Below are positions 11,651 through 23,968 of a DNA stretch of 64,000 nt, piece after piece. Numbering within the stretch: the stretch's first letter is position 1; every line of letters begins with the position of its first letter. The stretch is from Selaginella moellendorffii (taxonomy: Eukaryota > Plantae > Lycopodiophyta): contig NW_003314338.1 of assembly GCF_000143415.4 (NCBI RefSeq), forward strand, positions 506,202 through 570,201. The letters are read 5' to 3'. A program made the translations under genes and the position numbers. Under the pieces are notes generated by a model. It was not told where the DNA came from. It ran no database searches and saw only the letters and a list, made by a program, of their open reading frames with translations.

Positions 11651-12728
11651 ATGGCTCTTCCAAAAGTTGATTTGCTGTTGCTGATTATCAATGAGAATGT
11701 GTTGATCATATTTGCTAGTAAGTCTTCACTTGTGTTTTCCTTTTGATTAAATCTATGCGTTGCAGCTTTTAGTGCTGTGTGCTTGAAAGACTACACCAAA
11801 GCAGGAGTTTTAGTTTCTTTGTTCTTGCTTGGAAACAGGATCATAGCTTGGTCTGAGGCGAATAACAAAGATCATGTAAGAACTCCCAATTTCTTCATTT
11901 GATTTTACATACTCTTGTCCAACAGATCAACATCTCCAATGATCTAGAATCCGCATCATTTGTGAAAACCACAAGCTCGTCTCGTACCAAGATAGAATCT
12001 CATAACAACAAATCTGGGGAGATAGTCACAACAATGGTCACTGAAGAAGAAAAGCTCTTCAAACGATTGCCGATTATAGACTTTGCGAAATATCATACCC
12101 CAGGTTAGAAAACATTCTAAGAACATCACTAAATCATTGATATTAAAGAAAATCACTATTGTTTGTGCGTGCCTGTGCAGCCATGATCTTAGCTACAGCA
12201 CTGGTCCCTCTCGTGCTGGACACGAGCAATCGAAAACACTGGCTTTACTTGTCACTCGTCGTAAGCCCATGTGCTCTTGTGATCTCTAGCACAGTCACAA
12301 CCACTGTTGCAAAAGCCCGAGCTGCGCAATTGGGTCTTGTGATCCAGAGCGGTGCTGGCTGCCTCACGGCTCTCGCAAGGCTCAAGATCCAGAAGGAGAA
12401 ACTCCGGGAGGTATCGAGCAACAAGGGCGAGATCACTGTGACATGCGAGGATGGCGATGGCAGCAGCGACCACGGGCGGCCAAGTCTCGAGCCAGACGAA
12501 GTTGCCCTCTTCTTGCTCGTCACAAAGATGCTCATCACGGGGTTTGTGGTCGCTGGCTACATTCCAGCGCTTGGGGCAGTGGCCCTCATTGCAGATCTTG
12601 GAGCTTGCACGGCAGTGGCTTTGAGAGGATTTATCACACTCTTGTTGGTCGAGGAGAAGGGAACTTCTCGACGAGATCTGGAAGAGCAGGAACAAGGTGA
12701 ATGGGATTTGAGGACTCCGTTGCTTTAG
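11651..12728 (+). CDS. Membrane-domain-only HMA2/4-derived protein, copy 2 (about 300 aa; exons 11651-11717, 11766-11875, 11926-12103, 12181-12728)
   Basis: Duplicate of 4408-5544 with the same ATG, splice sites and stop. It differs by substitutions and two in-frame deletions (3 nt and 60 nt). Confidence 0.72.
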
Positions 12729-13802
12729 AATTCTCCAAGTGTTTGCCTTCAAATTGAAAGCAACCAGAAGTGTGCCATATGGTGATGCTGCAGTTAAGAA
12801 TATAGCGTATATGTGTTTACAGAATTCATAAATAAAAAATGACAATACTTACTTTTGGAATATCCATATATATATGTACTAGCAGCAAATGCTGGGTGGT
12901 TTGCAAATTTGATGCCATTTCAAGAGGTTTGCTGAGTTTAGTTATGTTTGCTGTTTGATCAACTCCACAATTGAAAGATATTCTTTTGACCAAACGTGAA
13001 TGTCTTAACCATAATTTAGTGTGTGTTAAGGTGCTGGACATTTCAGAAAAACTAAGTTGTGGTGGCTGTGGTTATTGCTCAGTTCCTGCATCATGCCCCA
13101 CAACTTAGCTATAATCATAAAATAGTAATGCATTTACCATACTTGATTGTTGTCTAAACTCCTCAAATCCAGATTTCCTATGCTGGAATTTATGAACTTT
13201 GCCCATGAGCATTACATAAGCTAGATTAGATCACTGTTGAGTTGCATTCCTCCATTTTGAACACAAAGAGGCCAAAGAATACTTCCAAGTTCATCTTTGG
13301 TGCAGGTGTTGCTACTTGCTCCACAGCCCATTAGAGAGGTTCCTTTTGGGATGAGCCAGAAACCATTATATTGCAATGAGAGCTACACTTAGGAAGTGAC
13401 AGGATGAAAACTGTACCTTTACTATTAGCAACTCGATAGCATGCTGCCATAACCAAAATGGCATACCACCCAATGCACACCACTCAATGCTAGCTTTCTT
13501 ATGGTGTGCATTTGAAACTCATAATTGCAAGTCAAGGGTGGCTGAGTAAATAGCTTTGTGGAATCATGGTTGGATTTGGAATTGTGTCATGTATTTGTCA
13601 GTTTACTTAAAAATTTCAGCATAGACTATATTCACAATGTAAAAATGTTGATCATGTGGTATAAGATTGCCTTGAAGGGGGGTTGCAAGCACTTCAACAT
13701 GAAGTTGTTTGGGTGATTTGCACCTTGAGAGAGGAACATAAAGTTGACCATATGTGAAAACAGATTGGGGGAGGTAAATGCCAACACAATCGAAAGTTTA
13801 AC

Positions 13803-14870
13803 TGTAGTGTATGTGGTTTTTACCCTTTATCTTATAGTGATTTACCATAGGATAACCACAAAATAGAATTTAAACCTCGTGTCATATGCCACATGCCACA
13901 TGTCCTAAAGAAAGTGGTGCAAAACCCGAGTTTTAGGGCCTTAGGCCATTAAACGAAGGAATGGAGCCAAACTCCCAAACATAGAGCCAAGAAATGAAGG
14001 AACCAGAGCTCAAAACAACTCTTGAGCATATAGCTCAAGGAGCGAAAGGATAAAAGCATGAAGTGATTTGAAATAGTCCTAAAGTATCTATCATCTTAAT
14101 GCTAAGACAAGCATGCAAAATAGAGCCAAACGGAGGTTGACACTATTTTAGTATACCAGTGGCTTAACACGAAGATATGAGTACTTCACCAACTAACATG
14201 GTATGGAACTTGGTACTAAGGGAGGCTTGCGGGGGGGGGGTTGGTTCCAAATATAGTAGGGATAGTGGGTAGGTTGGGCATAACTAACCAACCTGAAATA
14301 TAGTTTAGCTCTTACTTGCATGTCTATCTTTGTTCTGCATCTAGCTTAGGTTTAAGCCCAGGAGTTAGTCTTTAGGACAAGCTCAAAATTTATTAAATAT
14401 AGAATGTCCCTAGATTGTGAATTTGGACACAGGATAAATACCATTGTGTTCAAAACAATCTTTACATTCCATAGATATACCAAATGAGCAAATCTAGACA
14501 CTTTTCATAAATAGCATTTGATATTAAATTGAGACTAACATAAGGGCATGATAGCGAGGGTGTTTAGCAAACACAATAAGCTATTATGTAATAATATTGA
14601 GGGACTAGACTCAATATTGAGAGGATTCCCAACACTAACAAGTGCAAATTAATGAATGAATTTCTTTAACCAGGTCAAGTATACTTGACAAATAGCATTT
14701 AGGAATTCTGTCCTTATGCTCATTTGGTCAAGTTCACACGCAATGATCAGTTTTTCAATTAGCTTGGGTGAATATGACTTCGGGTATCAAAAGTTATCTA
14801 TCGGCTACTCCTTATGGACACTCTTTCCTTACTATCACAATGGCAAGAGGTTAGTACTATTGATTCCTTT
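13803..14870 (-). mobile_element. Family A LTR copy with an internal inversion at 14211-14360
   Basis: Starts tgtagtgtatgtggtttttaccctttatc and is collinear with 44084-45132 except for the inverted segment. Confidence 0.8.
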
Positions 14871-14879
14871 TATGGTCTC

Positions 14880-15960
14880 CATAATATTGGCTTTGTGCTT
14901 TAGAAATAGTTAAACAATAACCCAGACAAACCGGAAATAGCCTTTAGGACATCTTGAAGGGGATTTCAACATCAAAAGGTGTAAAGGTAATATGTGGAAT
15001 AAAAACTTGTGATCCTATAAATTGTCTCCTAATAATTTCACAATCTAAAACATTTTGAGATGCTTGTCTAAGAATGAGGTGCGTGCCATAGCATAGACCA
15101 ATTTGTAGAGAAAGAAGAATCAAAATCATATTTTGTTTCAGAATTAATTTATATAGTGGTAGTCTCGATAGGGTGATTGAATTTAAGAATTTGATTGGGA
15201 ACTTTTCAGGGTGATCTGAGTCAATTGTGTCAATGCTCAAGAAAACATATGGATCACCTAGTAGTCTTCCAACAATGTTATTAATTATTCTGAACATGTC
15301 ATCATTGAGTGAGGTGAGAATGACCTTTGAGACAGCTGTGTAAGTATTTATAATGTCATTGGTATTTGGGAAAATAAAGTCTACAATATATTAAATAGTG
15401 CATGTGGTATTTTGATAATTTCTAGTGGGAGATATAGCAAATGCAAACTACTATCTCCATTACCAAGTTTGAGAAACCATTCAGAAAAACAAAGATTGCT
15501 TAAACACATGTTCTTTGTTAGTATTAGTGTTGTAAAGAGTGACTATAATCTATTCATTTTAACTGAGCTTGAAATAATAGAGGTTCTAGGAACAATTGAA
15601 AGGATTTAATGAAAGCCACCACTTGTAATCACTATAACACCTTCAAATGGTTTAAAATTATATTTGAGATGCTTTAAACATTTAGCAATTGCAGAGAAAG
15701 CATGTGTGTGGACCATATTAATTTCATCCCATATGAGAACATTTGCTTGTTTAATGGTTTTTCTAGCAACATTATTAATTGTTAAAGTAGAGACAGAAGT
15801 TTCATTTAAAGGAATAGGAAATTAAAAAGTTCTATGTGCCATTTGACTATATTTTAGCAAAATGCTTGCAATCCTAATCCATGCCATATTGATTACTTTT
15901 ATATTTTAATTGTAATGCTATAATGATGGTATTAAATAGAAAAGTTTTCTCAGTACCACC
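14880..15960 (-). mobile_element. Helitron RepHel PIF1-helicase remnant (decayed)
   Basis: Minus-strand motifs GGTEKTFL (Walker A), AHRTF, LIWDEINM (Walker B), KPFEG..GGF, FPIKFLNSI, GLCYGTHL, VFIPHITF, LFPVCLGYCLTISKAQSQ, with stops and frameshifts. Confidence 0.85.
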
Positions 15961-16500
15961 AAAAAATTAGTCACTTACACCACCTTGATAACACTCTTCA
16001 ATTAACACAATGCTATAAGACATCATTTCTCTCATTTGTATTTGCACATGCTTTATCTCCACTTTGTAAGGAATTAATTTCTCTAGGTGTCATAGGATAA
16101 AGGATCCTTGAAACCATAATTGGAATGATAAAGAGTTTATCAGATAAGACTGAGTTCAAGATCGATTTCGAGATTGAGTCCGAGACAGAGTTCAAGTTCA
16201 AAACTAAGTTCGAGATCTAAGATTGGGTTTAAGACTGGGTCTAAGACTGGGTCCAAGACCGAGTCCGAAACTGAGTCTAAGGTCAAGTCTAAGATAGAGT
16301 TTGAAACCAAGTCTAAATATTAGTTGTGGGATGAAAGCCCAAAGTGATCGTCTCCTACGGGGGGAGGGGGCATTTAGGGTTTCAAAAGTATAGTAGGGAT
16401 TAGGGATATTAAGATTCAATAGTGCTTTTAAATTGATTTGAAGTTGAGATTGGGGGTTAAGGGCCTTGGGTGGGAGTGAGCATGGACTCTAGAGTGGCCA
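15961..16500. mobile_element. Degenerate family B LTR sequence
   Basis: aaaaattagtcacttaca equals the LTR-B terminus at 11410-11427. The 6/12-bp array and gaaagcccaaag...cgtctcct...aaaagtatagtaggg match 10200-10506. Confidence 0.65.
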
Positions 16501-16974
16501 CCCAAGGAAATGCTTAAGAGCAACTCCCACTTCCAGAAGAAAACCAATTACAATGCTCCCAACTCTTATAGAATAATGCCCCATTTAAGTATTTTGTGGC
16601 TTATTGGTCCTCACTCCTTCTTAAGGGTTTAGGCCTTCCCTTTGGGAAGGAAAAGATATCTCTATCGGGCCATTAGACCATAATGTTTCCCCCCAAGGTC
16701 CTAAAGCAAGTGATGCACCAAGCACTTAAGATTTAGAGGGTTTTATGATCAAATTTTATTGTACCAAGGGATATTAAAAACTTGAAGGTTTAGAGTGCTT
16801 AGCTACTTATGCCTGTGGGGATTGTAACCAAACATTAAGTTTAGTATAACTTAAAGAGGGGGATTAAAAGAGAATTTGGGAATTCATGGATGGATAACTA
16901 ACACTCTGTTGCTTATACAAGATTGTGGTTGCATCAGATTCATGTAATTTAGCAATAATTTTGATGTTTAAATT

Positions 16975-17210
16975 TATAAAACTATAGTATTTTGCAAAGA
17001 TGTTCATAAGTATTAAGTGTTTGAAGGGTTTTTCTTCCTCCATGATTATTGTAGTGAATGTCTCCACAAATACATTAATTTTGTTGTTGCAATAGTTCAT
17101 GTTAGTATGAGAAAAATTTGCAACTTCCACAACAGTTTGAACTGATGCAAACTCTAGATCATCTAATATGTTAATCTATTGGCATATTTAACTTTGTATA
17201 AATCAAAAGA
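16975..17210 (-). pseudogene. Diverged, AT-shifted relic of exon 3 of the HMA-derived gene
   Basis: INILDDLEFASVQ...NNKINVFVETFTTIIMEEEKPFKHLILMNIFAKYY versus INISNDLESASF...NNKSGQTVTTMVTEETKLFKRSPIIDFFAKYH. The preceding acceptor region is also similar. Confidence 0.65.
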
Positions 17211-17299
17211 CTTTAGAAATGAATACTAAATTGTATAACTAACTCAAATAACCTCTAGTGGAGATGGTGCAATTATTAAAAGACATCATTACAATCATT

Positions 17300-18010
17300 A
17301 GTATGTCTAATATGTGCTTGAAGACATCTAGGAAAACACTCCAATCCATAATCAAATGACTACACATAAACCATTGTACCACTACAATCCCATCTCTTGG
17401 ATACATATGGGAAATTTAGGCATCATCCCAAGAATGATAAGTGGTAATCACCATAAAGTGATTGAACCAATAGTGCATATTATCCCAAAATTCCCATGGA
17501 AGAAATCTAATAGAATATGAGGATTAGTAGCAAAAGCAAAAGAAATTATACCACATGCCATAAAAGTTGCCATCAACTAAATCTGATTAGTCAACTTTGG
17601 CCACATAACATTAAATAGATACAATAATTATTTCTCTAGAGTCATAGAAGGAGGAAAGAGTATGTTGTTTTACTATGAAGATAAATAGAAAAAAAATGAA
17701 AAATCAAAAGAAAAAAAATAAAAAGTTATAAAAATAAAAGAGATCTAGACAATGCAAAAGTTAAATCTAAACAAAAAGCACAAATCCAAGCACTTTTCAG
17801 GAACAACTATAGTTACCCCTCATCTCTACTAATGTGAGAGCATAAAATACAGAAATGAAATATAAAAATGTACATATTTGATTATGGTTTATATACAGTG
17901 GGGAGTAGTTTAGATTAAAACCAATTGAGTAACAATTAAAATCCCATTACAGTAATAATAGTATATGGCATTGTAGTTGTACATTTGGTAATTTCTACTT
18001 AATTAATTTA
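17300..18010. repeat. Dispersed AT-rich repeat; second copy at about 49385-50050 in the same orientation
   Basis: Shared blocks tgaaga.(a/g)tctag, attgtaccact, aagaatgata, aagagatcta.a.aatg.aaaagttaaat, ctctactaat, atatggcattgta. Confidence 0.75.
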
Positions 18011-18202
18011 ATTTTAATATATTTTGGCTTTCTCCATTTTGAATAGTTTTTATTTTTATTTTTTTTATTAATTAATGATCTCAATCATATAGATAGAGCT
18101 AGACAACTAAAGATTTTTAATAAAAATTGAAGCTCACTTTATGTAAGTTACTATTATTTTTTTATGTTAGAGAATTATATTAAGAAAAAAGGTTTATTGA
18201 AA

Positions 18203-18496
18203 TCTCTTTATTTTGTTGTAGTTTTCTGAGATAACAAAGCTACTATTACATAATATATTCTGCTATAATCCATGTACTTAATACTTTACAAAAATCTGGG
18301 AACTCCTTAAAATAATAAAATTTACAGCTAATTTCTTAAGAACATTTTCTAGCTCTCTTTATTATATTGTAGTTTTCTGAGAGAACAAAGCTACTATAAT
18401 CTGCTATAATCCACTTACTTAATACATTAAAAAATCTGGGAACTCCTTAAAATAAATTTAAAATTTACAGCTGATTTCTTAAGAACATTTTCTAGC
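18203..18496. repeat. Tandem duplication of about 145-150 bp
   Basis: tctctttatt...gtagttttctgaga...aaaatctgggaactccttaaaata...ttcttaagaacattttctagc occurs twice in succession. Confidence 0.9.
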
Positions 18497-20504
18497 ATAA
18501 TGTCAAGAGCACAAGTACAAAAGTGCTTAGCTCTAAAATTCTCTTTAGTCATTTGCTCACAACCTCAAATATAGAAAAGAATAGAGAATTTGATCATTTA
18601 TCCAAAATAAATAAATGTACAAGTAAGAAAGCATTCTAGACCGATTTAAAATTAATAACTTGAAACATATACTATGAATGGGGTCAAAGTATACATTCTA
18701 AAATAGATCATAATTCATGGTAGGCTCTGTAAGACAGGATATTGAGATAGATCAAAATCAGCCCCACAGGATTCATTTGAACATTTGCTCAATTCACCTC
18801 TGCAATTAAATCTTGGAGCTAAATCCCCTCACTTCACAGAGGATGCCAAAACCCGGCATTTGCACTCAGGTAAGAAACGCTTGACGGGGGGTGGTCACGA
18901 GAACATTACACGTATTACGACACGTGATGAGATCGGCATTCATGAGGACCTAACCTAACAAGTTCGGCTAAAAGGGCTGCCATAAATCCAGCATGTGAAA
19001 GCATTGTTTGTTTGTCAAGGAAACTTTCTCTGCTTTCTTTGTCTCGCTGCTGGGCTTAGCTGGCTGGCAACCAAAGATCGGAATTGACCTTTTGTTCTTT
19101 CTTGAAAGGGGGATTGCATTTGCCTTTAAACGGCTAGATTGCCATTGGATAACGAGTGTGTGGTTGGGTTGGCCCAGCTCTCATATATTCTCCACCATTT
19201 TTTCTTTCTTCTTTATTCTATAATTTTATTTTATTTTGTTTGATTTGTCACAGTTTTATGCCTCTGCGAAACCCAAACCCCCACATTCCTGTTGACAGAG
19301 CGATAAGGTTTGTGTGATCCACGTTTCCCAGCACCGACTAAACAAATTCGAGGTACGGAAACGCGGACAGTACGAACTGGTGGTACGGAGATCTTCTAGA
19401 GATAATTTGAAAAAAAAAAAGGAGAAGAAAACTAGAAAATTAAAAAGATGATGATTTAGACAACAGTGGCCTGGCTTGACTTTGAGGGTGTAAGTGGGAC
19501 CGAGGTTTTGCCCTTTGCTTTGGAGACCAACGGGCTAACATCCATCCATTTATTTCTAGAATGAGCGCTGGCTTGCCGTGTCCTTCATAAACTTTGCTTA
19601 CTCGCCAGAGGATTTCACTAAACAAATCCCGGCATTTTAGTCTAATCAACCTCTCGATCCATCCAATGGGCAGGCGGAATCTAGCAGCATCTTTTCCGCT
19701 TTGCGGACAGGGCGATGGAGAATTGAAGAAACCAGCAGTCAGGTCAATCAATCAATCAACAATTAGAAAGATCTCAAGAAACTAAAAACTAAGCGGAGAT
19801 ATCATGGACAATTGGGAGAGAGGGAATGGCGAGACCAGCCATGAAAACAAATCCGCCAGCTTAAACTATTCGTTCTGGGGATTTGCCTAGAGCACAGAAA
19901 CAAGCACTTGTTTACACGCAACACAAGCCACAGCCAGGCTCTCTCTCTCGATCTCGATCCAGCAGCACAAAGAAATCTCCAGCGAAAAATCTTCTCACTG
20001 TTGATAGGAGCTGCTGCCCAATGTTAGCGAGCCTTTGCTGCTGCGATCAATTATAAACAAAGGCCTGGGATTTGTGCGTGTGTGTGTGTGATTGTTTAAA
20101 GTATCAACCAGTTTATACTTATACAGAAGGTAGTATACACTCGAGTCTACTGCTTGGCTGCAAATCCAAATCCCCTCGATGCAGAGGGGAAGAGCTTCAC
20201 TTTTTGAAATTCCTCTGCCCATTGTGACTTGCATGCTTAAATAGAAGAAGAAAAAGAAAAAAAAAAAAATTGGAGAAAAGTACTGTAGATTGTTGATTGG
20301 CTGCTGTTGTTGATGCTGTTGGTTGTCTCTCTGTGTGTACATATTACATAGGCCTAAGAATTTCTGTGAGGAAAAAGCTGAGAAGAGAAAAGAGAGCTCC
20401 CTCCACCCATGAGGATCAAGATGATGGAGTCACCACAAAATGGTAATGAAACAAAGAGAGGGTAAACAGTTGATGGAGAACACAAGATTACAGAAGAGGA
20501 CTAC

Positions 20505-20670
20505 AGAAGAGAGGGGGAGAGAGAGAGAGAGAGAGAACAGAGATTTTAAACAAAATTTTGGAGTTGGAGGAGATGAAAATGGAGGTGTTAAAAATGGAGG
20601 AAGTGAGAGAGTGATGGAAGTAAGAAATAAAAGAGAGAGAGGGAGAGGGAGAGAGAGAGAGAGAGAGGGG
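20505..20670. repeat. GA-rich microsatellites just downstream of the ZF-HD stop codon
   Basis: (GA)n runs at about 20516-20536 and 20632-20667. Confidence 0.85.
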
Positions 20671-20673
20671 GGG

Positions 20674-21510
20674 TTAGGTGGGATCATGAGGAGCATCTGT
20701 AGGTGACAACCTCTTGTTACCAAAAGTGTGCTTGTTATTGTGCATCCACACCTTGAGGACGTGCCGCTTGACGCCCGTGTCGGCGCAAAACTGCGCCACC
20801 TCCGCCTCGTCGTGCTTCTGGATCCGCCACCCCAGCTTCTCCGACAGCACAAACATCCGCTCCTTCTGCTCATTGGTGAACTTCGTCCGGAACCTCTTCT
20901 TGAGCGGCTGGCCACCGCCGCCGCCGCCGCCGCCGCCGCCACCGCCAAAGTCCGCCAGCCGCTTACCGCCGCCGTGCCGCGCGGTACCGCCCGGCGTGCC
21001 GCCCGCGGTGCCGTCGTCCTCCTTGCACAGGTCGCAGATTGGCTTCTCGCCCTCCACCTCGCGGCGGTGGAAGTTGCGGTGGCAGTCGCAAGCGCCGCAG
21101 CGCATGGAGCTCTCGTCCTCCTTGTTGGGCATGAACTCACCGCAGCCGTCTAGGGCATGGCCGCCGATCCCCGCGGCGTGGTTCTTGAGGCACTCGCGGT
21201 AGCGCACCGCCTTCTTGGTACCGTCGGGCTTGAGCAGCGCCAAATCTTTGCCGGGGTCGATCGATGCCGCTGCCGTGTTGCCGTTGTTGGATGCCGCCGC
21301 GGCCGCTGCCACTGCCGCGGAGGAGAGCTTGGCGAGATTTTGCTGCTGCTGCTGCTGCTGCTTGGCGGTGGGGGTGGAGGAATCGTGGGCGGCGGCTGCC
21401 GCGGCGGCCGCGGCCATTGCCCCCGCGACGAAGCTCGGCGGCATGGGAATGGTGAGATCCGGGCGGATGCTGTTAGCGCTGCTGCTGTTGTCGTGCCCGC
21501 TCAAATCCAT
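20674..21510 (-). CDS. ZHD: Zinc finger-homeodomain (ZF-HD) transcription factor, intronless, 278 aa
   Basis: [27 protein letters not shown]...[14 protein letters not shown] and [16 protein letters not shown]...[10 protein letters not shown]...[10 protein letters not shown]. Poly-A/Q/G tracts. Confidence 0.97.
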   Translation of the reverse strand: MDLSGHDNSSSANSIRPDLTIPMPPSFVAGAMAAAAAAAAAHDSSTPTAKQQQQQQQNLAKLSSAAVAAAAAASNNGNTAAASIDPGKDLALLKPDGTKKAVRYRECLKNHAAGIGGHALDGCGEFMPNKEDESSMRCGACDCHRNFHRREVEGEKPICDLCKEDDGTAGGTPGGTARHGGGKRLADFGGGGGGGGGGGGQPLKKRFRTKFTNEQKERMFVLSEKLGWRIQKHDEAEVAQFCADTGVKRHVLKVWMHNNKHTFGNKRLSPTDAPHDPT

Positions 21511-22730
21511 CCGATGGATGCTTGCCTCCGGGAGATTTCTATCTATCGCGATGGAAGATTTCTTCCTTCGTCCTCTTCCCTCTCGAAATATTCCTTGTGT
21601 GTTCTTCCCCTCTCTCTCACAGGTGGAAGAAGAAACCCTGCCTGTCTTCCAGACGGCCCTGAAACCCCCCCCCCCCCGGCGAGCTAGCGGACGAATGCCG
21701 CGCGGATTTCTTCCTCCTTGCGGCGAGATGGATGAGGATTTCCTGTGGCAGCAGCAGCCGCAATGGAATGGAATGGTAGAGGAAGAACAAGCAAGAGAGG
21801 GAAATTTTTGCCGGAGGAGATAGAATCGTCGACCCGGTGCGGCGGAGCGTCGTCACGAATTGAATCGAAGCGATGGAGGAGTGGAGCGAGCAGCGCCTGG
21901 GATTCGCTCCTCGTCGCTCATCCACGCGCGGCGCAGCGAATTCGGCCGCGGCCGCTGCTGCGCGAGAGGAGCAATCGCCGCCCGGGCGCCATACAACCCT
22001 GCCAAGCGCTCCAGCGAGAGAGAGCGAGGGAATCGAAGGAGAATAGGGATTGAGGGGGGGATTGAGGAGGGAAGAAACGAAGGAGAGAAAATGAATGGAT
22101 GAAGAACAACGAGAAGAAGATGGAGGAGGAGGAGGAGGTTACTTAAAAGTGCTTAAACACATGGCTTTGTTAAGCCTAACTAACCCGGTTATAACACGAG
22201 GGGGTTTAAAGTAAACGGAGGGGGATTAGGACACAAACACTCCGTCAGTCTGACGGCGGGCAAAGCCGTCGCTGTTGGTAATCAAGACAAGTAGCATATT
22301 CCTCCTGCCAACCACGTGTCGGTGTTTTAGTGGGTGAGTTGTCTGTATACGTGGCAGAATGTGGCATTGCCACGTCGTGGAATCCAAAGCGTTGGGCTCT
22401 TTGTTTTGGGCAAATGTGACGGCTCGCACGGAGAATTGGTTTCTAGGTCACAGACATCTCACGTCCAGGCAAACTAGTGGAATTGTGGTTGGAGTTATAA
22501 ATTACTATGACATATCTCCTTGGATGCATAATTCACAAGTTGGCTCAGAGAGTGAGAGGTATAGGTTCAAATAAGATTTTATGCAAAATTCCTTCGCATT
22601 AGAGCATGGGATCAATTCTCTATGCTATGCAACTATACATGACTTAAAGTTCGTCAAGGAAATTTCTAGCTGATCCTAGACTTTGATACCAAAATAAAAA
22701 ACATATAAAGTTCTCTAATCTGTAATTTTC

Positions 22731-23612
22731 TCATTTAATTTCTGAAATCCATATACAAGTTTGATTATCTGTATCATACACAACTATGTGACCAGTGTTT
22801 TCTATACAAAGTGCAAACATAACCCATTCATTTTTCCAATATATACTATTAGACCATATAACATTTAGATATTTATCATATACAGCTAAATTGCCATCTT
22901 TTCTTATTTGAAAGAAACATCCAACACCTTTTTTATTAGTTTTTGTATTCCAAATTACTAGTTTCCCATAATAAAGAACTAAGTTACAATCAAATTGCAT
23001 ATATAAAATATATAGCTGATTTGAAGATAATAAAAAAGCCCCACTTACAAGCATTGAAAAATAAGAAAGTAATGGCCCACTTTTAATACAAGTTTTATAA
23101 ATAGGACAATCATAAGCATCAAGTTCCAAATGATAAATGCTATTTATATTTTGAACTGGGAGTTGAATATTTTCATATGTTTCTATGGTATAAGATATTG
23201 AGTAACGCTCATCTATATACTCAACATATTTATAAGTGACAAAATCATTTAGAACATGGTCATTTAGAAGTTTCATAAATTGTTTTTTTAAAAATTTACC
23301 ATTATTAGATAAATGAAGATTAGGAATAAGGCTACATAATACTTTAAAATAAATAAAAGCACTTTGTACATCAAAAGCCTCTATTGTGACCATTATATCT
23401 TTATTTTTACCATGTATTACCTTTGAATATGAAAATCCTATAAAAGTTTCTTTTCTTTCACCTGCTTTTGAAATAAGTTCTAAAACAATTGGAATAATAA
23501 CATTTTGCCTAAACTCTATTGTTATAGTACCTTCTGGCTTTTCATAATATTTACTTAAGCATAAGCAATATGAAATAAGAAAAGAAGAAATTATTTTTAA
23601 TATGCTATACAT
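22731..23612 (-). CDS. Putative secreted protein: unknown N-terminal domain plus C-terminal bulb-type (GNA/B-type) mannose-binding lectin domain, intronless, 293 aa
   Basis: Hydrophobic N-terminus. Three lectin subdomains QFDCNLVLY (full QxDxNxVxY), RKDGNLAVY and ENTGHIVVY, each followed by (V/C)IW. Uninterrupted ORF in very AT-rich DNA. Confidence 0.8.
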   Translation of the reverse strand: MYSILKIISSFLISYCLCLSKYYEKPEGTITIEFRQNVIIPIVLELISKAGERKETFIGFSYSKVIHGKNKDIMVTIEAFDVQSAFIYFKVLCSLIPNLHLSNNGKFLKKQFMKLLNDHVLNDFVTYKYVEYIDERYSISYTIETYENIQLPVQNINSIYHLELDAYDCPIYKTCIKSGPLLSYFSMLVSGAFLLSSNQLYILYMQFDCNLVLYYGKLVIWNTKTNKKGVGCFFQIRKDGNLAVYDKYLNVIWSNSIYWKNEWVMFALCIENTGHIVVYDTDNQTCIWISEIK

Positions 23613-23968
23613 TTAATTGTTAAAATCCTCAACCTAGTTTAATAATAAATGTTTTTAAATTTTCTTGTCAGCTGACACATGTGTAGAAACTAGAAACAGT
23701 TATATTAATATAATAAACACAATGCATTTTATATATATATATATATAAAATATAATAACATGTATTATATTTTGGCAAGCAAAAGCACATAGTGCTAAAT
23801 GATTTCTTTAGTTATTAGATTATTATTAAAAATTATTTGTAATAGTTTTCCTATTGCTTCTTTATTTAATAATGGCATCAAATCTAATATATCTAATTTT
23901 GAACCCAATATAGGGCAATGATCTCAATTGGATGGCATTGGATCTAATGAGAGGATGTGTTAGTTCGA

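Noticed and set aside
12890-13800. Moderately GC sequence that might be a decayed gene
   Set aside because: Stops in the frames read and no recognisable motif.
20430-22109. Many overlapping ORFs around ZF-HD
   Set aside because: GC-rich, triplet-repeat sequence with few stop codons; only 20674-21510 has family motifs.
22681-22691. PBS-like ctttgatacca next to the lectin gene
   Set aside because: No adjacent LTR terminus or partner repeat, so it does not support retroelement capture.
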